NCBI GenBank assembly: GCA_963833425.1
Contig: CAWHXP010000002.1
Location: 224,001-288,000 of the forward strand
Direction: 5' to 3'
Source of the DNA: an uncultured Methanosarcinaceae archaeon
GTDB lineage: Archaea; Halobacteriota; Methanosarcinia; Methanosarcinales; Methanosarcinaceae
DNA: 64,000 bases
The position numbers and the translations under genes were made by a program. Position 1 is the first letter of the stretch. Each line of letters starts with the position of its first letter. Below are positions 21,960 to 32,640 of the stretch, piece after piece. The notes beneath the pieces are model-generated. The model ran no database searches. It was not told the DNA's origin and was given only the letters and a program-made list of their open reading frames with translations.

Positions 21960-24900
21960 TTATCCCCAATTCAAGGGAAGAAATGTACTATACCCCGACT
22001 CATGGTGGAATCCATGTTTTTCTGAGCACTTGTTTACATTAATATAATCAGTCTTTGATGCACTAGCGTATTTTGTACTATCAGCTGGCACGAAAGTAAC
22101 GTGCAATGGCTGATTTTGACCTGTACTTAATACAGCGTCTACATCTGGATTATAGTAGAAAATGCCAGGTATCGTGGCTCCAGATACTGGATCTAAAGCA
22201 CTTGCATCTAATTGATCATAGCTCAATGGCATTCCCTGACATATGTCAGCAGGATTATTCCAGGTAATGGAATGGGTGTCTGCGATGTTGGAGAACGCCG
22301 AGTCGGCTGAAGTATGCGGGAAGCCTGCCGAGGGTGTGGGGTATACTGTAGTATCTCCAACCACGTTGTTAGCCTGAACCCTGTAGTAGTATCTCTTATT
22401 CTGCTTGATCGTGGTATCGGTGTACTTGACCACGTTTGGCCCGACCATGAAGGTAGTCAATCCCACCGTGAAGCTCGGGTCATCCGCCCTTTGGATGGTG
22501 AAGCCAGTCTCCGAGATCGAGTTGTCCTTCCAGGATAATTCCACGCTGCTCCCCTTAGGAGTTGCTTTCAGGTCGGTGGGCTGCCTCGGCGCAACTGCGA
22601 AGATCTCTGCGTGCATCATGTCATTCTCTTCGTGGCCCAGGACGTGGCAATGGTATACGTACTCCCAGCCGTAGTTGACCTTGTGGTTGACCGCTGTCAC
22701 CGGGTTGCCCTGTGGGTCCTTGTATCCACCGAGCGGTCCTTGCAGGACCACGCCGTCAGGCATGGATGGATCAATAGAGCGGATGACGTTGGGAATCTCA
22801 AAGGGCTGGTTCTTGGGGGTTGTCGGCCGAAGAGCCACGATCGCGAAAGTCATCGGGTTCACTCTGACTGTCTCCTTCCAGCCCAGCTCGTTGGCGTCGG
22901 GAAGCACTATCTTACCATCCATGGCCAAGCGGTTGATCAGCTGTACGTTGTACAGATGGAAGTGCATGGGATGGGTGTCTCCGCCGTTGTGCGTGATCTT
23001 CCAAATCTGGGTTCCATCGCTAGCCACCGCCAGCGGCTCACTAATGACTTTAGAGTCATTAATGATCTCGACCGGTGGGCTGACGTAGGGGTACAGAATG
23101 TAGTTCTGGGTCCCGGAGGTCGGGGATAGTTCAAGCCCCAGCAAGCCGATCATGCGCCCGTAGTCGAGGTCATACGCATAGGGCATCATGTCCTGAATGG
23201 CCTTCTGTTGCAGCGGGATAGTCACCGTTTTCCCAGAGAGCGTCGTGAATGTCAGGGAATTTACACCGTTGCTCACGTTCTGGTCAGGGAAATTCGCGTT
23301 GTACGCACTGTTGTAGCTTGGCTGCGGCACTAAGATGGGATCCTGGCTCGTCTCGAAGACACCCCTCTTCATTGTGGTCTTGGCAAACGTTGCGTTCAAT
23401 GCGGCTAGATTATAGGGAGCGAGGGGCTGGCCATCCGATCTCGTGGCGCTCACGTTGATTTGCATAATAGTCCTGGTATTGGGACCGTAGCCTGCCTGGG
23501 TCGAAGGTGCCCCGCCAATGTTTGTCTGGTCAGGGTCGCCCGTATAGTAGTCGTAGCGGCTGTCGGGCGCTGGGAACCCAGCGGGAGCGTCGTTGTACAG
23601 GATGAGGGTCTTGCCGGCGTACTTCGAGAAGTCAACGATGACGTCGGCCCGCTCGGCACAGCCCAGCAACAGAGAGTGCTTGTCTACGTTGCCGAAGTTG
23701 GAGGAGGTCGGGTCCATGTTCCATGTGATCGGCTGGCTGTCGATGACAGCCGGCGCGGGCAGGAAGCCGCCTTCAGTGCCTATTTGGTAGAACGAAGGGC
23801 CCGCAGTCTTTGGATCTGGCACTCCGCCTGTATCTAATCTAGCGCTTGTCGCTGGGACCATGCTGACCTCAGTATTAGTCCTGCCGTCCGCTGTGACGAT
23901 CGTCGAGTTGGCCACGTACAGCTGCAGGTTCCAGAACCGGTCGTTTGCAGCGTTCAGGATACGGAACCTGTAGGCCTTTGGCTCGACATCTAAGGACGGG
24001 TAGGCTGCGCCGTTGATCAAGGGCGTATCCATATACGCTTCCATCACCAAGGATGGGTGGGGAGTACCGGGTATCATTGGCGGTTCCCATGGCGCATTGA
24101 CCGGGTCATAATATGGGTTCTTGATTGGCGGGTATTTGAGATCTGGAGCCGGCGCACTCAGATTGAACCAAGCGGCGTAGTCCCACCTACCGAAGGGGTT
24201 AATCGGATTCACCGACGAGTTGTTCTGGGTGGGCATGTACACGTGAGGGTACCAGATATCACCGGTATTGGGCACTGGTGGAGTCGTCCCCCACTTCCAA
24301 GTCGGGTCCTGGGCGGAGATCGTGCTTTTGTCCACAAATATCTTGTCCTGAATGATCAGGGGTGTGCCGAGGCCCGGTAACAACTTCTGCAAGCCCGGAT
24401 TGACGCCCGTTACGTTTGTCCCCGCTATCAGATCCTGCTCGACTTTATCTGTTATCAGGTAGCCTGCGGCTTCGCCCGCGTACACATTCAAGCGGGTGAT
24501 ACCCCATGCGTGGTCGTGGAAGAACATCAGCCGGGCACTCTGCTCGTTATTGTAGTAGAAGGTTAACGTACCTTGGGGCTCATATCCGCCATCCATGTCC
24601 GGGACGTTGTATACGCTCACGCCTTGGGGATACGAGGTCTTCTCACCTGAGGGGGTCGTCCACATGTGAGGTGAACCATCGCTGATCCACGGGACGAAGC
24701 CACCGTGCAGGTGAATATCAGCCCGATTCTCAGTGTAATTCATCGGCTTAGCATCCATGCCTAGCGGACCCATACCCGCGCCCATGGCCGTGTGATCCAC
24801 AGGTATGAATAGGTTGCCGGCGTCACCAGTCGGAAGTTTGTTAATGAACTTGATACGTACCGGCCTGTCCTTATTAGCGATGACTAGGGGTCCCAGATAG

Positions 24901-25745
24901 CTGAACTTGCTCAACGTTTTATCTTCGGTATTGACCTGCCGGTAGCCGCGCAGCGTGGTGGTGGGTAGATCTTTATGCAGCTTTTCGGTGTACTGGCCCA
25001 GCTCGATCACGTAGTAATCGCAGCCAGGGTACGTTTTCGTGTCCGGAACGGCGATCGGGATATACTGCCCATTCTGGTTGGCGTTCGTCGCTCCCAGGCC
25101 TGGCAGCCGGTCGACGAACTTTCGTATGCCTCCGTTGATCGAGCCCGTGGTATCACCTATCGTCGCCGTGGCCATCGCCCCGGTGCCCTGGGGGTCGGTC
25201 GCGTTCATGATCGTAACTACCGGGGCGGTATAGTCCTTGCCGCCCCAGGTCAGCACGATGTTGGTGATAGCACCCGTTCCATTCGCCGTCGCCGTTGCAG
25301 TTGCCCCCGTCCCAGTACCGTAAACGTCGTCAATTAAGACGATTGGATTCAGATAGCCTGTGCCTGGAGCATCAAGCGTGATGCCTGTGATGGGGCCCTT
25401 AGGTAATGGTGTATAAGCATAGTTAGGATAGGGGCCGAAGTAATGGGGCACTTCGCTGGGAGACGTCACGGGTTGAACTTTTCTAGCTTTGTTTGCCGAA
25501 TGCGTCGTCTTGAAGTTAGCAGCCGCATCCTCCCTTTTAGCCGGTAATATCTGAGTCTTATACCAGAGGCCATGCTTTTTGGTAATGTCCATGCTAGCGA
25601 TAGAATTGCCATTGGGAACAACTTTAGCTTCGGAGGCGAGAGTGTTCAGCGGTACAGTCGCAAACAATATTACGACAATGATCGATATTGATGCAAATCG
25701 CTTCATGAGATCGATCGCGCTCTTTTGTTTATGTATCGGTTTCAC
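21960..25745 (-). CDS. Large secreted multicopper oxidase (CotA/bilirubin-oxidase-like) with C-terminal FN3 and Ig/MBG-like domains
   Basis: Signal peptide; Cu motifs IHLHGG, FFHDH, HPMHFH, YHCHVLGHEENDMM; FN3 (VELSWKDNS..ETGFTIQR..YYYRVQA). Confidence 0.9.
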   Translation of the reverse strand: MKPIHKQKSAIDLMKRFASISIIVVILFATVPLNTLASEAKVVPNGNSIASMDITKKHGLWYKTQILPAKREDAAANFKTTHSANKARKVQPVTSPSEVPHYFGPYPNYAYTPLPKGPITGITLDAPGTGYLNPIVLIDDVYGTGTGATATATANGTGAITNIVLTWGGKDYTAPVVTIMNATDPQGTGAMATATIGDTTGSINGGIRKFVDRLPGLGATNANQNGQYIPIAVPDTKTYPGCDYYVIELGQYTEKLHKDLPTTTLRGYRQVNTEDKTLSKFSYLGPLVIANKDRPVRIKFINKLPTGDAGNLFIPVDHTAMGAGMGPLGMDAKPMNYTENRADIHLHGGFVPWISDGSPHMWTTPSGEKTSYPQGVSVYNVPDMDGGYEPQGTLTFYYNNEQSARLMFFHDHAWGITRLNVYAGEAAGYLITDKVEQDLIAGTNVTGVNPGLQKLLPGLGTPLIIQDKIFVDKSTISAQDPTWKWGTTPPVPNTGDIWYPHVYMPTQNNSSVNPINPFGRWDYAAWFNLSAPAPDLKYPPIKNPYYDPVNAPWEPPMIPGTPHPSLVMEAYMDTPLINGAAYPSLDVEPKAYRFRILNAANDRFWNLQLYVANSTIVTADGRTNTEVSMVPATSARLDTGGVPDPKTAGPSFYQIGTEGGFLPAPAVIDSQPITWNMDPTSSNFGNVDKHSLLLGCAERADVIVDFSKYAGKTLILYNDAPAGFPAPDSRYDYYTGDPDQTNIGGAPSTQAGYGPNTRTIMQINVSATRSDGQPLAPYNLAALNATFAKTTMKRGVFETSQDPILVPQPSYNSAYNANFPDQNVSNGVNSLTFTTLSGKTVTIPLQQKAIQDMMPYAYDLDYGRMIGLLGLELSPTSGTQNYILYPYVSPPVEIINDSKVISEPLAVASDGTQIWKITHNGGDTHPMHFHLYNVQLINRLAMDGKIVLPDANELGWKETVRVNPMTFAIVALRPTTPKNQPFEIPNVIRSIDPSMPDGVVLQGPLGGYKDPQGNPVTAVNHKVNYGWEYVYHCHVLGHEENDMMHAEIFAVAPRQPTDLKATPKGSSVELSWKDNSISETGFTIQRADDPSFTVGLTTFMVGPNVVKYTDTTIKQNKRYYYRVQANNVVGDTTVYPTPSAGFPHTSADSAFSNIADTHSITWNNPADICQGMPLSYDQLDASALDPVSGATIPGIFYYNPDVDAVLSTGQNQPLHVTFVPADSTKYASASKTDYINVNKCSEKHGFHHESGYSTFLPLNWG

Positions 25746-26450
25746 TATGTTTCCTCCTGTCGGGAAATAGCAAATTTGAAATGCTGTAGTGTCAATTGCC
25801 TTCTGGTTTCCCCTGTCGGCTAATCCGCGTGTTCAAGCCCATTTATCCACGTGTTCACGGAAGTTGGGTCATAAATGTCATGATGGTCATATTTAGCAAA
25901 TATTTTATACTGTAACTGGTTGCCCGATATTTATGCGATCTCTTGGCATGTGTATATCCATTCGAGATCAGCACTATTAGCAGATGCAAGGGAAGATAAC
26001 CGAATCGTATTGTGATGGCAACAGGTAGGATGAGCAGCACTCACCTTGGCAGATTTTTAAAATCTCTCTCTGTAAGCCTTTGGGTCACAGTGTTCGTTAT
26101 CTTTAATGATCACTACCCAGGAGGGATTGATCAACGTACTTTTAACTGTGTAAATTATCCACTCATGTTTTAAATCTGAGGATAAATAACTTTCTGCCAA
26201 AAGGTATTATGTTAAGGATGACACCAAAAACCAACTATACGTAATAATATTATAAAATTAGTTCAATTTATGCCCTAAAAAAGTAAATAAGTAAATAGAA
26301 TAGCAAATTTGAAATTAGAAAGTTATCAGCCACGGCTATTATTTTACACCTCAAGAATAAAGTACCAACAAGGATAAGCAACTATCGAAGTTGATTTGCT
26401 GACTTGTTATGATGGTTCTAAAATGCCTATTGGCTACTCGTTTGCTACTG

Positions 26451-26577
26451 GAGCCTATCCAAATGTGTTGTGACCTGTTACCTTTACAATAACCAATATG
26501 ACAACCGAAACGAATACTTGGATATTATAGACCTAGTGTAATTTTACAATATATGTATCTACTTTTCGGACAGGTTC
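26451..26577. mobile_element. MITE of the same family as 1118-1187
   Basis: GAGCCTATCCAAA ... TTTTCGGACAGGTTC. Confidence 0.5.
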
Positions 26578-28262
26578 TTAGTACCTGTGACGAAATAATC
26601 TATGGAATGCATAGTTTTGTTGAAGTTAAAAGGGTATCTTGTTTGTGTAAATCATTTAATACAGTTAAATAACGCATCGCTTATTTCGCTACGTGATCCT
26701 TTTATTTGGTACTAATCTAATTTTTTTAGATTGTTGATGCGAAAATTAGGGGCAGTCTAAAATGTGTGTCATATAAATAGAGATATCTTATTGGTTTTCA
26801 GATTATTCATTAACCCCGCACATCGATACATTTTGATTAATTAGGTTTATTGGTTATGCTTTCTATGTGAGAATTATAAGAACTTATCACACACCCTACG
26901 CATAAAAACCGAAATTGGGTAACGTTTTTTTATTTTTGTGTTAATTTTATTTAAATTGATAGAAAAACTGTCTGAAAATATATTATAAAAACCTATCAAC
27001 TATATAAAAGCCGTCTTCTAATTCAGTTTCTTTTTTCCTTATACATCTAGCCAAAAGTATATTAATCTTAAATAAAAATATAATAGTATAAACGTGTTAT
27101 AAGAGCAATTAGTTATAAAGTTCGTATAAAGCGTTTCATCCTCCTTAACACCCGTAGACATATTTTTTTCTCTTAGTACGGAGCAATTCACACGGATGAA
27201 CAATATCAGCAATAGTGGATTTATTATTTTGTCCCAAATGTATCTAGTTTATGCTTGCGAGAACTAGATTATCACAGAGCCTATAGAAATGTATAAGTTT
27301 CTATCGATTACATGCCACGTAAATGCAAAACAGTATTAAAAGACATAGCAAGATTCAATAAATTAGCTTGTGATCTATTTTTATCAAATTAATTCGTGAA
27401 AATTATTTTATCAAAACAAATTTACAGCGTATTCAAAGTCAAATTTCTATATATCTTGTTTAATTTGTTCTTCTGAGTAAGATTTTCTACTTAACAATTT
27501 CTTAATACTTGTGATTTGGGATCAATTTCGCTACCTTACTCAAGTTGATGATGTGCATAATTTTCTGTGAAATTTACTCTGTACCCTTTAATCTTAGTTT
27601 TTGATTACTATTCCATTATTACATGCTTGTTTTCTATGATCCTGGATGGGTCCTTAATGTAAAATGAAGCAAAATTTCAAATATTAATTATTCGGCGATT
27701 TAAATAAAACATATGTATTTATCCTAAATTAAAATAAAAATACGCCTTCAATTTCGGGTTAAGCTGAGAAAATATAGAGATTTTGGGACAAAAATTGTGT
27801 ATAGAGTTATTCAGTATAGAATGATAGTAAAACTCGCAGAACAAAATGAAATTATGCTGAAATTCAATGCATTTTTTTATTTGATGAAAGTGTTGATTTT
27901 TATTGCAAACTATAATCAACGAAAATTCAATTGCATTTCAATGAATGGCATACTTGGAGGTGCTGGAAAATCTCTAAGTTGTGGTTAGACATCATCTAAC
28001 CTAAAATGCGGTAGCAAAAAAGTAATTCAAAAGGATCGGATAAAATACGGAAGAGTTATGCTCATTCTGTTTGTAAAACCTTAAATTATCAGTAAATTTT
28101 ATTTCTATTGCATATGGACTCAAACTGATAGGAAAATAAAAATATGGCCATCAATTCAAGGCAGTTTATCATGAATTTATTCTCAATGCCTTGAAAATGG
28201 CCATGCATGATTTCATTTCATACTCAATAGCTCCTAGACTCGGCGACTGTTCTTAATATCTC

Positions 28263-28784
28263 TCAGTTATGATGTCCTTGTCCACCGTGTCCATCGTGTC
28301 CACCGTGTCCATTATGTCCACCACCGTGTCCACCGTGTCCATGCCCATGTCCATGTCCATGCCCGTGTCCATAGTATCCGCCGTCATAGTATCCGCCGTC
28401 ATATTCGCCTACCACAACGGGTGTTTCTGCAACAGGAGTTGCTACAACGGGTGTTGCTACAACGGGTTGTTCTGCTACAACGCCAGGCATGTAGGTCCAG
28501 TCCCACACTAGAGTAGCAGGATTATATACCCATTCATAGTCCCCGTAGTATGTGCCCCTATAATAATGATCATGGTTACCGTGATGCCTTTGGTCGTGCC
28601 AATTGTTGAATTGATGTCCACCGTGTCCGCCATGTCCGTGTCCACCATGTCCGTGTCCACCATGTCCATGTCCATGCCCGTGTCCATCGTGCTGTGGTGC
28701 CGCGCTTACTCCAACAGTTGTCACTGATGCTACAAAAAAAACTGCTAGTAAAATAACTAGTGATTTTTTCATTTGTTTTAACAT
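28263..28784 (-). CDS. Secreted Gly/His-rich low-complexity protein
   Basis: Signal peptide MKKSLVILLAVFFVASVTTVGVSA; two (GH/GGH)n tracts flank a Tyr/Trp-rich core; VATPV and YDGGY repeats. Confidence 0.85.
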   Translation of the reverse strand: MLKQMKKSLVILLAVFFVASVTTVGVSAAPQHDGHGHGHGHGGHGHGGHGHGGHGGHQFNNWHDQRHHGNHDHYYRGTYYGDYEWVYNPATLVWDWTYMPGVVAEQPVVATPVVATPVAETPVVVGEYDGGYYDGGYYGHGHGHGHGHGHGGHGGGHNGHGGHDGHGGQGHHN

Positions 28785-29633
28785 CTTTTATCTCCTATTT
28801 TATTAGTTTTAAATGAGTTTCCCATAAGATAATTTGGTGTAAAATTATCTGCTTGCATCAAATTTGATTGCTTCAATAAAGATATATTTCAATAAAGATA
28901 TTTTTTGTTTTTTATGTGTTTACAGGGATTTTTAAATATTTAAAGGTATTTTGGAGATTTCCATTGTTAAATAAATTAATTATGTTAAATGCATAGTTAC
29001 TTCTAGATATGATATCGTAACTCATGTATTTGTGCTTTATGCGCATGGATCTCAATGGATCTATTCGAGTCTATAAAAATGTAGCTATTGGCAAGTCCAA
29101 AGTGTAGTTTTAGCTGGATCTTAAGGTAATTATATTTTTCAAAAAAGAGAAGTAGTTATATGGTTTCTAAATAAATTATGTTATGCAATAAGTGATTTGA
29201 CGGTGGTTTTATTTAGTGAATCATACTAAGGACTTGTACACTTGAAGTAAAATTACGTGCAGTATACATTTGATTCGATTGACGTTGTAGCTAGTTGGAG
29301 GTTCAATGATATCGATTTTTAGCTCTGTACCAGTTAGATAGTATATTTTTACGATACGACTCCATTTATATCTAGTATTGCAAGGATTTCTGAAGGTATA
29401 TATTGATACTTTGCAAAAATCAAGGATTTATCAAAATCCGTTACAATAACACCTAACGTGTTATTTTCAGTCTAATTATATAACATTCAACTCGAAGATA
29501 TATCATTGGTATTGAAGTTGTGCATATTATTCGTTAAATGATAAAAAAGTTTGAAAAAATCAGAGCCATTTTCTTACATTACCATTTTCTTTCATTAATC
29601 TGTATACCAGGTATTGACAATATTGTTTACGAG

Positions 29634-31730
29634 ATGAAAATGACCGAATTGAATAGGCACCGGAAACAAGTAATTTGTATTACGTTGCTACTATGCTTAC
29701 TCAGTTTTTTGCTACTGGTAAAGGTCTTATATGAGTACAAAAGCAGCAATACGAATGAAATAATCCTGGATAAAGCAAAAGAAGATTCGCGCCAAAAAGC
29801 CGAATTTGCCATAACAAAAATAGAGAATGAACTTAATTCTACTAGCTTGCTTGCTGAAGGAGTTGCAAAAGACCTGAGTTCCGGAAAGTTAAAGGATGAT
29901 TCCACGCTCAATGATTACCTTTTGGCTAAAATGAAGGCCAATCCAGACATTTTCAGCATCGTCGTTGCATATTCCCCAGCTGTCCATGCCGGGAAGCTTT
30001 ACGCACCTCATTTCAAGAGAAACAGCTTGGATATCGTATCTGCACCATTAACATATGACTACACGATGGACAATGAGAAAACTGCTTGGTACAATGATGC
30101 CCTAAAAAAAGGATCAAAGGTATGGATTTCGCCTTATTTCGGGATTGCAGATGGCAATTATCAAATAGATTCTTCGGCTCCTTTCTATCTTAAAGAATTT
30201 GGGGATGGAAATAAAGCTGCAGGAGTAGTAAGTGTAAGTCACTCTCTTGAAGGAGTAAGGGTACAGGTAGGAGACCTTAACCTAGGAAAAAGGGGTTATG
30301 GTTTTATCATCTCCGGGAAGGGGATAATCATTTCTTATCCTATCCAAGAGTATCTGGGCAAAAATATTAACGAACTGGCAAAAAAAGATCAAAACCTTTA
30401 CTTTATAATTGAAAATATGGCAGCAACAGAGCACTCGGTAACAAATTCCTTAACAGGGCAATCCTATTGGATATTTCATAAAAATATTCCTTCTACAGAT
30501 TGGATCCTGGGTTTTGTCCTTCCACAGGAAGAAACTCTGCTGAACAAAAAAATGGATCAGAATCACTCCATAATCCATATCGTATTCGCAACTTTTACTT
30601 TTATATTTTTTTTGTCCCTGCTTTTAGTCTCCACTTACATTTACGATCATAAAGGACTCTGGATACTTGCAGTTATTTTCTCATTACTTTGCATCCTAGG
30701 GATTGGCTTCATATGGCACTTTACCATAAATAATTCTTCTCTTGACGGCAGGAATGGAGACCTCGTTGTTTTCGACAGAGAAGATGTTGAAACGGTTCTG
30801 CAACACACCGGTACGAGCCTGAAAACTTCTAGGATTCCTACAGGAATTTTTCTCCAATCTATTGAGTTTTTGACTGCTAATGATGTCTTAATAACAGGAT
30901 ATGTCTGGCAAAATGTTTCAGGACCAGATGCTAAAAAAAGTTCTCCTGGCTTTAGTTTTCCGGATTCAAAAGAAACCACAATCGAAAAAGCTTATGCTAA
31001 TAGTGACAATGGTATTGTAGGCTGGCATTTTAAGACTACTCTACGTCAGAAGTTTGAGTATTCAAGATACCCATTTGACAGGGAAGATTTATGGATTAGA
31101 TTATGGAGTAACAATTCTACAGAGAGCGTCATAGTCCCGAACTTTGATTCCTATAAAAGTTTGATTCCAGAAAATCTTCCAGGATTGGAGCCTTCTATCT
31201 TGCTTGGGGGCTGGAAACCACAAAAAACTTTTTTTAGTTACAGGGTAAATCCTTATACCACCAATTTTGGGTTAGGGAATTTTTCAAATTCCAATGTGCC
31301 CGAATTTTATTTCAACGTTGATTTCAAAAGGGATTTTAAGACTCCCTTTGAATCCGATCTTTTACCAGTAATAGTAGTAGTTATTCTTCTGTTTGCAATA
31401 CTTACGATAATAACCAAGACTGAGAGCATAACCCATTTTGGATTTAGTTCTCATGGAGTCCTGACCTATTGTACCTCTCTTTTTTTTACTCTTATCCTCG
31501 CCCATTCCTCTCTGAGAAATAAAATTCCAATAGACAGTACCATCTACCTTGAGTATTTCTACTTTATTATGTATCTGGCAATTTTAGTTGTTTCCTTGAA
31601 TTCAATAGCTTTTGCATCAAATCGGCATTTCCCCTTCATCGATGTAAAAGATAACTTGTATGTGAAAGTACTGTACTGGCCTGTTATCACAGGAATTCTG
31701 TTGTTAATCACATTCCTGAATTTTTATTGA
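29634..31730 (+). CDS. Cache-domain membrane protein fused to a pentameric ligand-gated ion channel (pLGIC)-like module
   Basis: TM, then dCache (WY..A..W.SPY..GVV; GYGFIIS.KG.IISYP..W), 2 TMs, a beta-rich domain with SRYPFDRE and GWK, then 4 C-terminal TMs. ORF track begins at 29538. Confidence 0.75.
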   Translation: MKMTELNRHRKQVICITLLLCLLSFLLLVKVLYEYKSSNTNEIILDKAKEDSRQKAEFAITKIENELNSTSLLAEGVAKDLSSGKLKDDSTLNDYLLAKMKANPDIFSIVVAYSPAVHAGKLYAPHFKRNSLDIVSAPLTYDYTMDNEKTAWYNDALKKGSKVWISPYFGIADGNYQIDSSAPFYLKEFGDGNKAAGVVSVSHSLEGVRVQVGDLNLGKRGYGFIISGKGIIISYPIQEYLGKNINELAKKDQNLYFIIENMAATEHSVTNSLTGQSYWIFHKNIPSTDWILGFVLPQEETLLNKKMDQNHSIIHIVFATFTFIFFLSLLLVSTYIYDHKGLWILAVIFSLLCILGIGFIWHFTINNSSLDGRNGDLVVFDREDVETVLQHTGTSLKTSRIPTGIFLQSIEFLTANDVLITGYVWQNVSGPDAKKSSPGFSFPDSKETTIEKAYANSDNGIVGWHFKTTLRQKFEYSRYPFDREDLWIRLWSNNSTESVIVPNFDSYKSLIPENLPGLEPSILLGGWKPQKTFFSYRVNPYTTNFGLGNFSNSNVPEFYFNVDFKRDFKTPFESDLLPVIVVVILLFAILTIITKTESITHFGFSSHGVLTYCTSLFFTLILAHSSLRNKIPIDSTIYLEYFYFIMYLAILVVSLNSIAFASNRHFPFIDVKDNLYVKVLYWPVITGILLLITFLNFY

Positions 31731-32049
31731 CATATATTCTTTTTGGAAGTTTAGTTGATTTATTTAATAATTCTAAATATGCAGTATGAAATGCAAATAC
31801 CTGCTCAGAGCTTGATTATTTTTAGTTTTAAAATTTGTTATCAGAAAGTAAATTTTATTCAGAAAATATTTTTTATATCATTAATTAAATATAATACAGA
31901 GGGGTAGTTAACATCTGGTTGCAACAAATTATGTACAATAAGCTTTATAAGAATTTGTTGAAATCAGATCTTAATAAATGCCAAAATATTTGACCTTTCC
32001 TTGAAGTACAAATTCAAAAAATATTATCGATGAAGGGAGATCTTAATAC

Positions 32050-32280
32050 ATGTGCGAAGAACATTCCATGATTGAAAGGTCCAATAATGCAGACTGTGAT
32101 GACTCAGACTTGGGAGCTCCTGACTGAAGAACAAAAAAAGAAAGTTTCAGTAATGAGAATGGAAATGATAATACAATGGATGGAAGTAAAAATCCATGAT
32201 ATGGAAAAGATGATAGATTAAAGAAAACTGCTATAGCTGATATTCAAAAGGTCAAGGAAATGATTCAACAAGGCAAATAA
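32050..32280 (+). pseudogene. Frameshifted small Met/Lys-rich helical protein (MCEEH../..WELLTEEQKKKVSVMRMEM..MEKMID/LKKTAIADIQKVKEMIQQGK)
   Basis: SD AAGGGAG; coherent coiled-coil-like peptide in pieces needing two frame changes. Confidence 0.55.
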
Positions 32281-32487
32281 GTTAGACAGAAAAACGATAA
32301 TGGAATTTAGTCACTGTAGAAGGTATCTGAAATAGCAGATTTTCGTAACTATTCAAGTAGCCATTCAAATGTTACAATTTTTTTTCTAGGAAATATCGCG
32401 TATGATTGGACTCATTTATTAAAGGCTAACGAATTTTATGCAAAACTTTGTATTTCAAAAAGTTAGATTTAAGGAGTTGATGGCTCT

Positions 32488-32640
32488 ATGGCAAAACAAC
32501 TTCAAAAGATACTCGCTGTTTTGTTGATAGTGGTTATAGCAACGCTGACAGCTGCGGCAGCAGTGACAGCAGCAGTAGCTAGCAAGATAAAAGAATACTA
32601 TGCTAGTCGTAAAAATAAAGACAAGAATAAAAGGGTGTAA
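32488..32640 (+). CDS. 50-aa small membrane or secreted peptide (MAKQLQKILAVLLIVVIATLTAAAAVTAAVASKIKEYYASRKNKDKNKRV)
   Basis: AAGGAG SD, hydrophobic helix plus basic tail, downstream T-rich tract and hairpin (32676-32708); below the ORF-track cutoff. Confidence 0.6.
   Translation: MAKQLQKILAVLLIVVIATLTAAAAVTAAVASKIKEYYASRKNKDKNKRV

Noticed and set aside
22314..25337. Numerous plus-strand ORFs inside the multicopper oxidase
   Set aside because: Antisense shadows expected in GC-rich coding DNA; no motifs. The same applies to shadow ORFs in cooS, leuA, adh and the sugar cluster.
25780..26140. Riboswitch or ncRNA upstream of the multicopper oxidase
   Set aside because: Slightly higher GC and a weak hairpin, but no recognisable riboswitch consensus.
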